From Clostridia bacterium (lineage in GTDB: Bacteria; Bacillota; Clostridia; JAAYHZ01): 64,000 nucleotides of DNA. A program made the position numbers and the translations under genes. Where the stretch lies: the NCBI GenBank assembly GCA_050950825.1, contig JBMNIH010000006.1, positions 32,001 through 96,000 of the forward strand. The letters run 5' to 3'. Under the pieces are notes generated by a model. That model was not told where the DNA came from and did not search any database. It saw nothing but the letters and a program-made list of their open reading frames with translations. Numbering within the stretch: the stretch's first letter is position 1; every line of letters starts with the position of its first letter. Below are positions 38,877 through 49,490 of the stretch, piece by piece.

Positions 38877-40664
38877 ATGAGTATCGAGTACAATAAAAAA
38901 GAACCTTTGAAAGAAATATGTCACGATACGGACCTTTGTGTGGTAGGAGGCGGAATGGCCGGCATGATTGCCGCGATTTCCGCGGCTCGTCACGGAGCCA
39001 AGGTTTTGCTAATGCAGGATCGTCCCGTTTTGGGAGGGAACGCTTCCTCCGAAATTCGAATGTGGATTCGCGGATGCCGAGGCAAGAACAACCAAGAAAC
39101 CGGCATATTGGAGGAAATCTTTCTGGACAATATGTACCGTAATCCGGAACGCAACTATTCCATATGGGACAGCATCCTTTACGAAAAAGTAAAAAACGAG
39201 CCGAATATAACCCTTTTATTGAACACCGCTTGCATGGATCTTACCATGAAAGAAAATCGGATCCAAAGCGTGCGAGGCTTTCAATTGACTACCTACACAT
39301 TCCATACGGTAACCGCCCGTTATTTTGCCGACTGCTCCGGAGACAGCATTTTGGCTCCCTTGTCCGGTGCCATATACCGCGTCGGTCGGGAAGGGTCGTC
39401 GGAGTTCGGCGAGGATATCGGACCTTCCGTGGAGGATCGTAAAACCATGGGCATGTCCTGTTTGATTCAAGCGCGAGAGACGGGACGTCCCGTAAAATTC
39501 GTTCCTCCTTCTTGGGCGGCACAATTTGACGACGAGGATATGCTGAAATTCCGTGACCATGATCTTTCCTCTTGCTATACGAACTTTTGGTGGATGGAGT
39601 TAGGAGGAAACCAAGACAGCATCCATGATACGGAAGAGGTTCGAGACGAGCTTTTGAAGATCGCCTTCGGCGTTTGGGATCACATTAAAAATCGAGGAGA
39701 CCACGGTGCGGATTGTTGGGAATTGGAATGGGTAGGCTTTTTACCGGGAAAAAGGGAAAGCCGAAGATATGTAGGAGACTACATTATGACCCAAAACGAT
39801 GTTCGTTCGGAAGGCAAATTCGAGGATATGGTTGCGTACGGAGGCTGGCCTATGGACGACCATAACCCGGACGGTTTTTTACACAAGGGGGAACCTACCA
39901 TCTTCCATCCGGCTCCCGCACCTTTCGGAATTCCGTACCGCTGCTTGTATTCGAAAAATATCGAGAACCTGTTCTTCGCGGGACGCAATATCAGCGTAAC
40001 CCATGCCGCTTTAAGCTCTACTCGAGTCATGGGTACCTGCTCCCTTTTAGGCCAAGCGGTAGGAACGGCAGCCGCTATGGCCAAAAAGTACGATTGTACC
40101 CCGAGGGACATATATCGTTATCATATAAAGGAGTTACAGCAAACCCTAATGGACGACGACTGCTATTTGCCTTGGCATAAAAGGGATGTAGGCGAACTGA
40201 CGCAAAAAGCGATACTTACGGCGTCGGAAGGGGATCCCGAGGTCCTTCGAAACGGCATCGACCGCCCCGTGAAGGAAGAGGACAACGGCTGGTACGGAAA
40301 AATCGGTTCCTTCGTGGAGTACCGGTTTGAGAAGCCCGTTTTGATAACCCGATGCCGACTTGTATTTGACAGCGATTTGGAAAGAGAAAGCTGCTCCGGG
40401 CACCTTTTGTATCGAACCCTCCCCATGCTCTGCAACCGCTTTTACAACATGGAGCCTTTCGGTTTTCCCAAAACCATGGTCAAGGATTTTGACTTGGAAT
40501 ATTTGGACGAGGAAGGGGCTTGGAGAACCTTGAAAAAGGTGCGTAACAATTACCAAAGGCTATATAAAATCGATGTTCATGTAGTAACCCGTGCCGTACG
40601 ATTCATACCGAGAGAAACCTACGGGGATTCGAGGGTTCATGTATTCGCTTTTGATGTACGATAA
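38877..40664 (+). CDS. FAD-dependent oxidoreductase with C-terminal beta-sandwich
   Basis: VVGGGMAG, VLGGNASSEIR, DCSGD, GKRESRR, NLFFAGRNIS, STRVMGTC. Confidence 0.88.
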   Translation: MSIEYNKKEPLKEICHDTDLCVVGGGMAGMIAAISAARHGAKVLLMQDRPVLGGNASSEIRMWIRGCRGKNNQETGILEEIFLDNMYRNPERNYSIWDSILYEKVKNEPNITLLLNTACMDLTMKENRIQSVRGFQLTTYTFHTVTARYFADCSGDSILAPLSGAIYRVGREGSSEFGEDIGPSVEDRKTMGMSCLIQARETGRPVKFVPPSWAAQFDDEDMLKFRDHDLSSCYTNFWWMELGGNQDSIHDTEEVRDELLKIAFGVWDHIKNRGDHGADCWELEWVGFLPGKRESRRYVGDYIMTQNDVRSEGKFEDMVAYGGWPMDDHNPDGFLHKGEPTIFHPAPAPFGIPYRCLYSKNIENLFFAGRNISVTHAALSSTRVMGTCSLLGQAVGTAAAMAKKYDCTPRDIYRYHIKELQQTLMDDDCYLPWHKRDVGELTQKAILTASEGDPEVLRNGIDRPVKEEDNGWYGKIGSFVEYRFEKPVLITRCRLVFDSDLERESCSGHLLYRTLPMLCNRFYNMEPFGFPKTMVKDFDLEYLDEEGAWRTLKKVRNNYQRLYKIDVHVVTRAVRFIPRETYGDSRVHVFAFDVR

Positions 40665-40688
40665 AAAGGATAAAAGGATGGGACGGTT

Positions 40689-42047
40689 ATGAACAAAACA
40701 AGATTCTTGTCGCTGCTTATGGGCACGGCGCTTTTGATATGTATCCTGCTTTTTTCCTCCTGCGGGAATGAGCTTCCGCCTATGGAAGGCGATTTGCCGG
40801 ACCTTTTGGAGGATTTTACGGAGAAAATAACGGGAGGGGATTTTGAAGGCGCATACGCGTTCTTTGATCGGCCGATGCGAATCGCTTTGCCCAAATCCCG
40901 ATTAAAAAGAGTATGGACGGACCTTGTTTCGCAGGCCGGGTCCTTTGTGAAAGCAAGAGGCTATGTTTATGAGCAGACGCAGGGATACGACGTGTTCAAC
41001 GTCACCCTTGAATTCGAAAATGCTTTTATTAATATGCGGACGGTATTCAATAGCGACAAAAGAGTAAGCGGGCTCTTTTTCCGGCCGGGAAAAGACCCGG
41101 ACGCACCCTCCTATACTCTTCCTTCCTACGGAGAGCCCGCTCTTTATACGGAGGAGGAGATTCGGTTCGGCTTGAAGGATTGGGAGCTCTCCGGCACCCT
41201 AACCATACCGGACGGGGAAGGACCCTTTCCCGCCGTAATCCTTGTCCACGGCTCCGGACCGAACGACAGGGATGAATCCGTAGGAAGCTGCAAGCCGTTT
41301 ACGGATATAGCCGTAGGGTTGGCTAACAAGGGAATCATGGTTTTACGATACGACAAAAGAACCTATACCCACGGGAACAAGTTTGCATTGATAAAAGAAT
41401 ATACGGTGTATGAAGAGACGGTGGAGGACGCCCGCTTGGCCATAGACTTTTTAAAAAATCATCCGAAAGCGGACCCGATGAAAATCCATATAATCGGCCA
41501 CAGCTTGGGAGGCATGTTGGCTCCCCGAATTGCGGAAGGCCGAGAAGACGTGGCGGGATGTATCCTTATGGCGGCAGCGGCAAGGCCTTTGGAAGAGCTT
41601 ATCCTCCTACAAACCCGGTACTTGGCCCAAGCCGACGGAAAGGTAACCCCGGAAGAAGAAAAAGCCATTCGGGAGTTGCAAAAGCAAAAGGAAAACATTC
41701 AATCGCCGAATTTATCCTCCAAATCGCCGCCTTCGGAGCTGATGGGTGTTCCCGCTTCTTATTGGCTGGATTTGCGGCAATACTCTCCGGTTGAAACGGC
41801 CGCCCGATTGGCGATTCCATTGCTGGTTCTTCAAGGGGAGCGGGATTACCAAGTGACCATGGAGGACTTTGGGCTTTTTCAAGAGGGGTTAGGGAATAAA
41901 AAGAATGTCACGTTTAAAAGCTATCCTTCCTTAAACCACTTGTTTATCCGAGGAGACGGAAAGAGCTTGCCGGAGGAGTACGAAAGGCCGGGAAATGTAG
42001 CGGAAGAAACAATTCAAGATATTGCGGATTGGATAAAAAGTCAATAG
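40689..42047 (+). CDS. lipoprotein, DUF3887-like domain + alpha/beta hydrolase
   Basis: Lipobox FSSC; VHGSGPNDRD, GHSLGG, QGERDYQV, LNHLF. Confidence 0.88.
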   Translation: MNKTRFLSLLMGTALLICILLFSSCGNELPPMEGDLPDLLEDFTEKITGGDFEGAYAFFDRPMRIALPKSRLKRVWTDLVSQAGSFVKARGYVYEQTQGYDVFNVTLEFENAFINMRTVFNSDKRVSGLFFRPGKDPDAPSYTLPSYGEPALYTEEEIRFGLKDWELSGTLTIPDGEGPFPAVILVHGSGPNDRDESVGSCKPFTDIAVGLANKGIMVLRYDKRTYTHGNKFALIKEYTVYEETVEDARLAIDFLKNHPKADPMKIHIIGHSLGGMLAPRIAEGREDVAGCILMAAAARPLEELILLQTRYLAQADGKVTPEEEKAIRELQKQKENIQSPNLSSKSPPSELMGVPASYWLDLRQYSPVETAARLAIPLLVLQGERDYQVTMEDFGLFQEGLGNKKNVTFKSYPSLNHLFIRGDGKSLPEEYERPGNVAEETIQDIADWIKSQ

Positions 42048-42050
42048 ATC

Positions 42051-42088
42051 AAAGAAAAAAGCCTTCAAACCGAAGGCTTTTTCTTTCT
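42051..42088. terminator. bidirectional terminator
   Basis: AAAAAAGCCTTC/GAAGGCTTTTT between convergent genes. Confidence 0.8.
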
Positions 42089-42097
42089 TAAGCGTAT

Positions 42098-43615
42098 TTA
42101 GAATAGGCAGACATCGATTTGGGGAATGAGCTCCCTGATTGCGGGCATGTGTTTCATAATGACTTCAAAATGCTCGCAAATAAGGTTTTTGGCTTCCCAT
42201 AATTCGGCATAGTTATCATGGCAGGGTCTTAAATTTTGGCAGTAAATGTCTTTTGCCTTCCAAACTTCGCAGCCTTGGAAGGGATTGGCGGTACCTAAAT
42301 ACAGGTCGTTGCAGCTGTCTACATAAAGGATTCTGCCTCCGTAGTTATGGGGATTGTTCAATCCGTTTAAGAACATGGTCTTGAAATGGACCCCGTCTTC
42401 GGAAACGTACATGTCGAATCCGTAGGGATACCGAACGGCTCTTAAAATATCCAAAACGGTGCTGTAAATTTCAATCAATAGATCGGTAATGGGTTGGGAT
42501 ATTCTTTGGTACAAGGCTTGGCGGTTTGCCAATAAGGTCGTTAGGATGACCTCCATATTGGAAGAATCGTCAAAGGTCGTAATGAACAACCGTCCTTTGT
42601 ATTCTTGTATTTGCCATGCGTATACGTTGAAAGGATTGTTAAAGCCGGACCCGATAGGTGCCATGCCTTTTCCTTGATAAGCTTCCAAAGCCGGAATAGG
42701 GAACAGGTGATGGCCGCCGACGATGACCTGCCAATTGTCGTTTTTGTCGATGCGAACCACGTCGCACCCCATGGGAATCGCCCAAGCTAAAGGCAAGGGC
42801 TTGGTTCCGCTGACGTATAAATGATTTTTAAACACGCCCATAGCCAAAGAATACCGGTTTAAAGGATTTCCGAATCCTCCGTCTATTACTTTGACCCATC
42901 GGTTCGTCTCGGGCTCCGGATTTTCGGTTCTCCACACATGGACCCCGCTTTCGTTGGCGGTGGCAACATAGAGCCTTCCGTTGAAGACCGCCATGTTGGT
43001 TATGGTGCCTTGGGGATTTTTATCGGGATCGAATCCCGGAGCTTGCGTGTCAATTACCTTTTGCCAAGGGAAAAATTCCGGATCTTCGCTGCAGTAAAGG
43101 CGAGGATCATCGGTGAGGTCCGATTCGTTTACGGTGGACATAAAAATCTTCCCTAAGTGAACAAGCATGGCACGAGACGAGCTGCCCTGCAGCCCCTGGT
43201 TGGAAACCTCATACCAGTTGACGCCGTTTGTCGACTTCAATACTCTTACCACGGGGATGCTGAAGCCGGCGGTGTACAGAGCCGGACTGCCGTTTAGAGG
43301 CTTGTGCCGGATCATATACCGAAAGCCGGTAATGTTGTTAGCCTTATATACCCTTTGCCAAGGCAGGCTGCCGTCTTTTCGGTATCGCCATATTTCCGCA
43401 CCGTTATCCACGACACCCGGATTGATCAGGGCGGGAAGCTGCGTTTGCGGTTCAAAAGATTTTATAATATTATACAGGATGTTTCTTCCCGTACCAATGT
43501 ATATAAAGTCGTCAAGATCACTCATGGACCAGGCGTAATTGTTCTGCCTTGCATTGACCAAATTGCTTTCATCAAAACCATTAACAGGGGTTAAATTCTC
43601 AAATTGCCGTATCAT
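42098..43615 (-). CDS. conserved hypothetical beta-propeller-like protein
   Basis: Repeated blades YAWSM..IYIGT, MAVFNGRLYVAT, MGVFKNHLYVSG, YAWQIQEYKGRLFITT, LYLGTAN; no signal peptide. Confidence 0.7.
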   Translation of the reverse strand: MIRQFENLTPVNGFDESNLVNARQNNYAWSMSDLDDFIYIGTGRNILYNIIKSFEPQTQLPALINPGVVDNGAEIWRYRKDGSLPWQRVYKANNITGFRYMIRHKPLNGSPALYTAGFSIPVVRVLKSTNGVNWYEVSNQGLQGSSSRAMLVHLGKIFMSTVNESDLTDDPRLYCSEDPEFFPWQKVIDTQAPGFDPDKNPQGTITNMAVFNGRLYVATANESGVHVWRTENPEPETNRWVKVIDGGFGNPLNRYSLAMGVFKNHLYVSGTKPLPLAWAIPMGCDVVRIDKNDNWQVIVGGHHLFPIPALEAYQGKGMAPIGSGFNNPFNVYAWQIQEYKGRLFITTFDDSSNMEVILTTLLANRQALYQRISQPITDLLIEIYSTVLDILRAVRYPYGFDMYVSEDGVHFKTMFLNGLNNPHNYGGRILYVDSCNDLYLGTANPFQGCEVWKAKDIYCQNLRPCHDNYAELWEAKNLICEHFEVIMKHMPAIRELIPQIDVCLF

Positions 43616-43707
43616 GATTATACGAACTCCTCCTTTGAATCATTATGTAACCCCTTCAATGAACAGTATATTAAGGAAGATGTTGATTTGTGATTATGTA
43701 AACCCGA

Positions 43708-43751
43708 AAAACACAAAAACAGCCGGCGGAATTTCGGTTCCGCCGGCTGTT
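43708..43751 (-). terminator. intrinsic terminator after the 44169 gene
   Basis: 14-bp perfect stem AACAGCCGGCGGAA/TTCCGCCGGCTGTT plus U-run on the minus strand. Confidence 0.8.
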
Positions 43752-43824
43752 GAAACGTCAGAAAATCGCCTGCAGGGAATGCAGGCGATTCACGTTGAGA
43801 TTGGCTTGTTCATTTTTGACGGGA

Positions 43825-44169
43825 CTATTCGGTCCGTTTTTTTCGGTTGGCGGCCATATCAATCAGGACGACAATACCGTAAGCAATTAAGGCATAGACG
43901 ATCATTCCGATGATGACCGACGGCTCTAAGACCGAATGGGTTGTAATCCCTTCTCCGACAGCAGAAGGGAAGATGCCTCGAAACGGGTTTAGAAATAACC
44001 CGGTAAGGGCATAAATAAAGGATACAAAGGCGCTGGAGGGGTTGGCTCCTAACAGCTTGAATATAAGCCGAAAGGCAAATAAAGTTTCCAGTATGCCGAG
44101 AATAAAATATACCGCTCTTTTCGATGTGCGGTCTTGCAAATGACGCTTGTCTGCTCGGTTTTCTTCCAT
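43825..44169 (-). CDS. YggT-like small membrane protein
   Basis: FRLIFKLLGANP..FVSFIY..T..FLNPFRGIF; two TM segments. Confidence 0.75.
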   Translation of the reverse strand: MEENRADKRHLQDRTSKRAVYFILGILETLFAFRLIFKLLGANPSSAFVSFIYALTGLFLNPFRGIFPSAVGEGITTHSVLEPSVIIGMIVYALIAYGIVVLIDMAANRKKRTE

Positions 44170-44391
44170 GAAATCCCTCCGAAACCTTATCCTTTGATTT
44201 TGTTCGTAGTATTTCCCGGATTCGGATTTATGATGTATAACAATTTATGGATATTTTTAACGTCTGTTAAAAGGATGCAGCGGTACCGAAGTTTAGATAT
44301 TGTTGAAATTTTAAAAATATGATAGACTCAATTGTCTATAGATTAAAGGTAAATCGAAAAGATAAGGTTTTTAATAGATGAGGTTATTAAC

Positions 44392-45798
44392 GTGGCTCAA
44401 AGTAAGTATGAAATAGATATGAGTACCGGCTCCCTGCCGAAGCTGATTATCCGGTTCGTCATACCCCAAATGCTGTCCGGAATTCTCCAGCTTTTGTACA
44501 ATGCCGCCGACACCATCGTAGTAGGAAGGTACGTAGGAAGCACGGCATTAGCGGCGGTTGGCTCTACGGGGTCATTAACCAATTTGATCATTAATCTGTT
44601 TATAGGGCTGTCGGTAGGAGCAAGCGTTGCGGTCGCCCAATACTATGGAGCAAAGGACTATAAAAACGTCAGCCAAACGGTCCATACGGCTATGGGAATC
44701 AGCGTCATCTTCGGCTTTGTATCCTCCGCCGTGGGCATCGCTTTGGCTAAAGTATTTTTACAAGCCATGGGTACCCCGGCGGAGGTTTTGCCCCACTCCG
44801 TGGTATACATGCGCATCTATTTTGCCGGTATGCCGGCCTCCATGGTTTTCAACTTCGGAAGCTCCATTTTAAGAGCCGTAGGCGATACGAAACGCCCCTT
44901 TATCTTTTTAAGCATCTCCGGAACCGTGAATGTGATTTTGAACATGGTATTCGTCATTGTATTCCGTATGGGCGTTGCCGGCGTGGCGCTTTCCACCATC
45001 ATCTCGCAGTTTTTGTCCGCCGTGCTGGTTGTTTTAAGCTTACTTCATTCCAACGGATCTTACCGCTTGTACATAAAAGAGATTCGTATTTACAAGGACA
45101 AGCTCCTTCGAATGATGCGAATCGGTATTCCTGCCGGCGTGCAGGGCTCCATTTTTTCCATATCCAACGTGGCCATCCAGTCCTCCGTTAACTCATTCGG
45201 CGAATTGGCCATGGCCGGACATACCGCCGCCTCCAATATCGACGGATTGATTTACATAGCCACCAACTCCTTCTACCATGCCTCCTTGTCCTTCACGGGG
45301 CAGAACGTGGGAGCGAAAAAATACGAGCGAATCGGCCGCATATTGAGAGTTTGCGTTGTTTATGCCATAATCATCGGGGCCACCTTGGGGACTCTTACCT
45401 ATGTATTCGGAGAGCAACTGCTCGGTTTGTTTTCTCCCGACAATGTTGAGGTTATCCGATACGGAATGATACGGCTTTCGATATTAGGCTTGTCCTACTT
45501 CACCTGCGGGATCATGGAAACCTTGGTGGGATCCTTGCGGGGAATGGGTGCCTCCATTCTTCCTATGTGCATATCCATCTTGGGTGTGGTAGGCGTTCGA
45601 ATCGGCTGGATATACACCTTTTTCGCATGGGATCGTACGCTTTTGATGCTGTATTTAAGCTATCCGGCTTCTTGGGTGGCAACCTCGTTGGCTCACTTTA
45701 TTTGCGTCCTTTATTTAAAAAACAAGCTGATAAAAAAATCCGCCGAAGAAGGGATACAAGAAAAGGAAGACGCCTCTTATGCTTCGACCAATTTGTGA
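44392..45798 (+). CDS. MATE-family efflux transporter
   Basis: LYNAADTIVVGRY, LRAVGDTKRP, FTGQNVGA; about 12 TM. Confidence 0.93.
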   Translation: MAQSKYEIDMSTGSLPKLIIRFVIPQMLSGILQLLYNAADTIVVGRYVGSTALAAVGSTGSLTNLIINLFIGLSVGASVAVAQYYGAKDYKNVSQTVHTAMGISVIFGFVSSAVGIALAKVFLQAMGTPAEVLPHSVVYMRIYFAGMPASMVFNFGSSILRAVGDTKRPFIFLSISGTVNVILNMVFVIVFRMGVAGVALSTIISQFLSAVLVVLSLLHSNGSYRLYIKEIRIYKDKLLRMMRIGIPAGVQGSIFSISNVAIQSSVNSFGELAMAGHTAASNIDGLIYIATNSFYHASLSFTGQNVGAKKYERIGRILRVCVVYAIIIGATLGTLTYVFGEQLLGLFSPDNVEVIRYGMIRLSILGLSYFTCGIMETLVGSLRGMGASILPMCISILGVVGVRIGWIYTFFAWDRTLLMLYLSYPASWVATSLAHFICVLYLKNKLIKKSAEEGIQEKEDASYASTNL

Positions 45799-45836
45799 TA
45801 TACTATAAAAAAAGAGTGTAACTTTTGGAGGCGCAT

Positions 45837-46946
45837 ATGAAAGACCCTAGATACAAGAAACTTGCGGAAAATTTGATTTGCTATTCTACGGAATTGAAAA
45901 AAGGAGAAAAGATACTCATTGAAGTAAACGGATGCAACAACCTCCTTGCTCGGGAGTTGGTAAAGAAGGTTTACGAGGTGGGAGGCATTCCTTTTGTCAA
46001 AGTTAACGACGAGAAGCTGAACAGCACGGTATACCAAAACTGCAGCGAAGAGCAGCTTCAAATTATGTGTGAAAACCAACTTGCTTTCATGAAGCAAATG
46101 GATGCCTACTTGGGAATTCGTGAAAGCCGAAATATTTACGAATCCTCTGTCATCCCTTCCGAAAAGCAATCGTTAATCAGTAAAACGTTACGACCGGTAC
46201 TGGATGAAAGGGTGAACAATACCAAATGGTGCGTCATGCGGTATCCTAACGAATCCTTTGCCCAGCTTGCCGGAATGTCTACCGACGATTTCGAAGACTT
46301 CTATTTCAACGTTTGCAACCTGGACTATTCCAAAATGTCCAAAGCCATGGATAATTTAATTGAACTGATGGAAAAAACCGACAAGGTTCGCATTGTCGGG
46401 CCGGGAACGGATTTGACTTTCTCCATCAAAGGCATTCCCGCCATCAAATGCGACGGAAAAATGAACATTCCCGACGGTGAAGTGTTTACCGCGCCGGTAA
46501 GAGACAGTGTAAACGGTGTTATCACCTTTAACACACCGGCGGTCAGCGAAGGATTCACCTACGAGGATATCCGTTTCGAATTCAAGGACGGAAAAATCAT
46601 CGGTGCAACATCCAACGATACGGATAGAATCAACAAAAAGCTGAATACCGACGAAGGGGCGCGCTACATCGGCGAATTCGCCATCGGCGTCAACCCGTAT
46701 ATCTTAAAACCCATGAAAGATACGTTATTCGACGAAAAAATCATGGGCAGCATTCACTTGACACCGGGAAGATGCTACGACGAAGCAAGCAACGGCAACA
46801 AGTCCGCCATCCATTGGGACCTTGTGCTGATTCAAACCAAAGAATACGGCGGCGGGGAAATCTATTTTGACGATGTATTGGTTCGAAAGGACGGATTGTT
46901 CGTTGTTGAACCGCTGCTGTGCTTAAATCCCGAAAACTTAAAGTAG
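45837..46946 (+). CDS. M29-family aminopeptidase
   Basis: NIPDGEVFTAP, IGEFAIG, FDEKIMGSIH, SAIHWD. Confidence 0.93.
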   Translation: MKDPRYKKLAENLICYSTELKKGEKILIEVNGCNNLLARELVKKVYEVGGIPFVKVNDEKLNSTVYQNCSEEQLQIMCENQLAFMKQMDAYLGIRESRNIYESSVIPSEKQSLISKTLRPVLDERVNNTKWCVMRYPNESFAQLAGMSTDDFEDFYFNVCNLDYSKMSKAMDNLIELMEKTDKVRIVGPGTDLTFSIKGIPAIKCDGKMNIPDGEVFTAPVRDSVNGVITFNTPAVSEGFTYEDIRFEFKDGKIIGATSNDTDRINKKLNTDEGARYIGEFAIGVNPYILKPMKDTLFDEKIMGSIHLTPGRCYDEASNGNKSAIHWDLVLIQTKEYGGGEIYFDDVLVRKDGLFVVEPLLCLNPENLK

Positions 46947-47016
46947 TAAAATTTCGTAAAACGGGGAAAACTAGCGACGTATCGATGAATTCATCTTCTC
47001 ATGAAAGGGTGATTGT

Positions 47017-47454
47017 ATGAAAGTCAGGGATATCATGACGACAAGCGTCGCGCAGGTTTCTCCCTATACCACGGTTTCCGAAGCGGCCCGATTGATGGAA
47101 AAACACAATGTCGGGTCGGTACCGGTATGCAGCAACGATAAAATCGTCGGAATTTTAACCGACAGGGATATTGTGGTGCGAAACATCGCCGGAGGGAAAG
47201 ACCCGAGGGCTACAAAGGTGGAAGAAATCATGAGTGCGGAGGTTACCACCGTCACGCCGGATACGGAAGTGGCCCAAGTAGGGAAAATCATGGCGGAAAA
47301 GCAAATCCGAAGAATTCCCGTTACCGACAACGATCGGTTGGTCGGGATGGTGGCCTTAGGAGACATTGCCGTTCGCGGAATGTACGATGCGGAAGTAGCC
47401 CAAGCCTTAGCGGAAATATCCATACCGGCAAAGCCCAAATATACGTCCGAATAA
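47017..47454 (+). CDS. CBS-pair protein
   Basis: MKVRDIMT, VGILTDRDIVVR, QIRRIPV. Confidence 0.9.
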   Translation: MKVRDIMTTSVAQVSPYTTVSEAARLMEKHNVGSVPVCSNDKIVGILTDRDIVVRNIAGGKDPRATKVEEIMSAEVTTVTPDTEVAQVGKIMAEKQIRRIPVTDNDRLVGMVALGDIAVRGMYDAEVAQALAEISIPAKPKYTSE

Positions 47455-47588
47455 GAAAGGGGGGCCTTACGCCCCCCTTATCCTTGACCTTTAATTTTAT
47501 ATATCTTGATTTCAATTCTTCGATTTTCCGCCGGAATCATGTATACTTAGAATCAAGAAAACTTGATAGTATTGCAGGTGAGTTTGGA

Positions 47589-48665
47589 ATGAAAAAATGT
47601 ACCATTTTGTTTCCTCGCGACGGAGATATGCTGAATGAAAGGGACGGCGAGCTTTTGGAGGACGGTTCTTTGTCCGTTCCCGTGAAGGTGATCTCGGATC
47701 AAGAGGTTTATATCAACGGGTTAAAGGCGGCGTTTAAAGACGGATTGTACCAAGCCTCGGTATCTTTAAAAAGCTACGAAAACACCGTAACGGTAACCTG
47801 CGGGAAAGAAACGGAAACCTTAAAGGTCTACAGGCTTAAAAACTACGTCGGAAAATACCGGTTGTCGCTAGACGACAATATATGGTTTTTGGAGGACCTG
47901 GCGAAAAACAGCAGGATATATCGGTCCCTGTTCGAAAATCCGTATTTGAACCTTATGAAGCGAATTCACGACCGGTACGGGACGAAAATACATATCAACA
48001 TTTACTACCAAACGGAAGGCTCGTTCAATTTGACCATGATGCCGGACAAGTACAAAAGCGAGTGGATGGAAAATGCGGACTGGCTGCGCTTAAGCTTCCA
48101 TGCGTTGGCGGACAAGCCGGACAAGCCCTACATCCGTGCCGGGTACGACGAAGTGAAAAGGGATTGTGAAAAGGTTTTGGAGCAGATCCGGCGGTTTGCG
48201 GGAGAACCTCTCATCGGTCCCGTAACCACACTGCATTGGGGAGAAGCCACGCCGGAAGGATGCAGAGCCTTAAGAGACTGCGGATACAAATGCCTTGTGG
48301 CGGACTTTAACGTGGACAACGAGCTGGCGGAAAGAGTTCCGGTGTCCTACTACCTGAGCCTGGAGCAAAGAAGAAACATATTCCGACGCTTTATTTGGAA
48401 GGATAATGCGAACGACATTATCTTTTTCCGCTCGGCTATCATTATCGATACCCATCCTTTGGACAAAATCGAACCTTTCTTGGACAACATCGGAAACCAC
48501 CCTAACCGGTCCGCCTATATCGACCTTTTGATTCACGAGCAATATTTCTATCCTCACTACAAAGGCTACCAGCCGGAATACGAGGAGAAGATATTAACGG
48601 CGGTCCGCTGGGCGGTTAACAAAGGGTACAAGCCCGCCTTTTTGGACGAATGTATATTTGAATGA
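47589..48665 (+). CDS. hypothetical protein, Ig-like N-terminus + deacetylase-like barrel
   Basis: SLDDNIW, LSFHA, TTLHWG, LIHEQY; fold call is inference. Confidence 0.55.
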   Translation: MKKCTILFPRDGDMLNERDGELLEDGSLSVPVKVISDQEVYINGLKAAFKDGLYQASVSLKSYENTVTVTCGKETETLKVYRLKNYVGKYRLSLDDNIWFLEDLAKNSRIYRSLFENPYLNLMKRIHDRYGTKIHINIYYQTEGSFNLTMMPDKYKSEWMENADWLRLSFHALADKPDKPYIRAGYDEVKRDCEKVLEQIRRFAGEPLIGPVTTLHWGEATPEGCRALRDCGYKCLVADFNVDNELAERVPVSYYLSLEQRRNIFRRFIWKDNANDIIFFRSAIIIDTHPLDKIEPFLDNIGNHPNRSAYIDLLIHEQYFYPHYKGYQPEYEEKILTAVRWAVNKGYKPAFLDECIFE

Positions 48666-48701
48666 TTTCTATAGAATCGTTTGGAAAAGGAGCAAGATAT
48701 C

Positions 48702-49490
48702 ATGAATACGGTGATTATGACGGACCTCGAAGGAATCAGCGGAGTGGATACCATCGAAATGGTATCGGATGTCGGTACGGAGGGGCATCGCTTTGCGTTG
48801 GAGCGGCTGATGAAGGATCTGAATGCGGCGGTGGAAGGGGCCTTCGAAGGCGGTGCCGATGAAGTATACGTGGTAGACGGCCACGGAGGAGGCAACAACT
48901 TCATCAAAGAAATGCTTCATCCGAAAGCGATACAGACGGATTCGAAGGGATGGAACGAATTGATCCGCTCCGGAAAAATCCATGCCTATATGGAGGTGGG
49001 CGCCCATGCCATGCCGGGTACCATCAACGGGTTTTTGGATCACGTCCAAAGCTCCAAGTCTTGGTACAACTATATCGTCAACGGGAGAAAATGCGGGGAG
49101 ATCGCCCAAGGAGCCATATTTACAGGTGCATTTGATGTTCCCTTCGTGATGGTAACGGGTGACGAAGCCGCCTGTGCCGAAGCTCGGGCTTTTTTGGGAG
49201 ATATCGCATATGCGGCGGTAAAAAGGGGAGTAGGAAGAAACAAAGCCGTTTCCATGGATTTGGATAAGGCGTTGGAAGAAATCAAAAGAGCCGCTTACGA
49301 AGGGATGAAAAAAATCGGAACCGTTAAGCCCTACAAGCCGCTACTGCCCTTGGAAATCGTATTGGAGCTTTACCGCACCGATATGTGCGATGCCATCATG
49401 GAAAGATGCAAGGATGTAGAACGGATCGACGCACGGAGCATAAGAAAAAGGGTGAGCAAAATCGAATATTACAAAGATATCTTGTTTTAG
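48702..49490 (+). CDS. M55-family D-aminopeptidase (DppA-like)
   Basis: DLEGISG, VDGHG, GAHAM...FLDH, GE, VTGD. Confidence 0.9.
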   Translation: MNTVIMTDLEGISGVDTIEMVSDVGTEGHRFALERLMKDLNAAVEGAFEGGADEVYVVDGHGGGNNFIKEMLHPKAIQTDSKGWNELIRSGKIHAYMEVGAHAMPGTINGFLDHVQSSKSWYNYIVNGRKCGEIAQGAIFTGAFDVPFVMVTGDEAACAEARAFLGDIAYAAVKRGVGRNKAVSMDLDKALEEIKRAAYEGMKKIGTVKPYKPLLPLEIVLELYRTDMCDAIMERCKDVERIDARSIRKRVSKIEYYKDILF

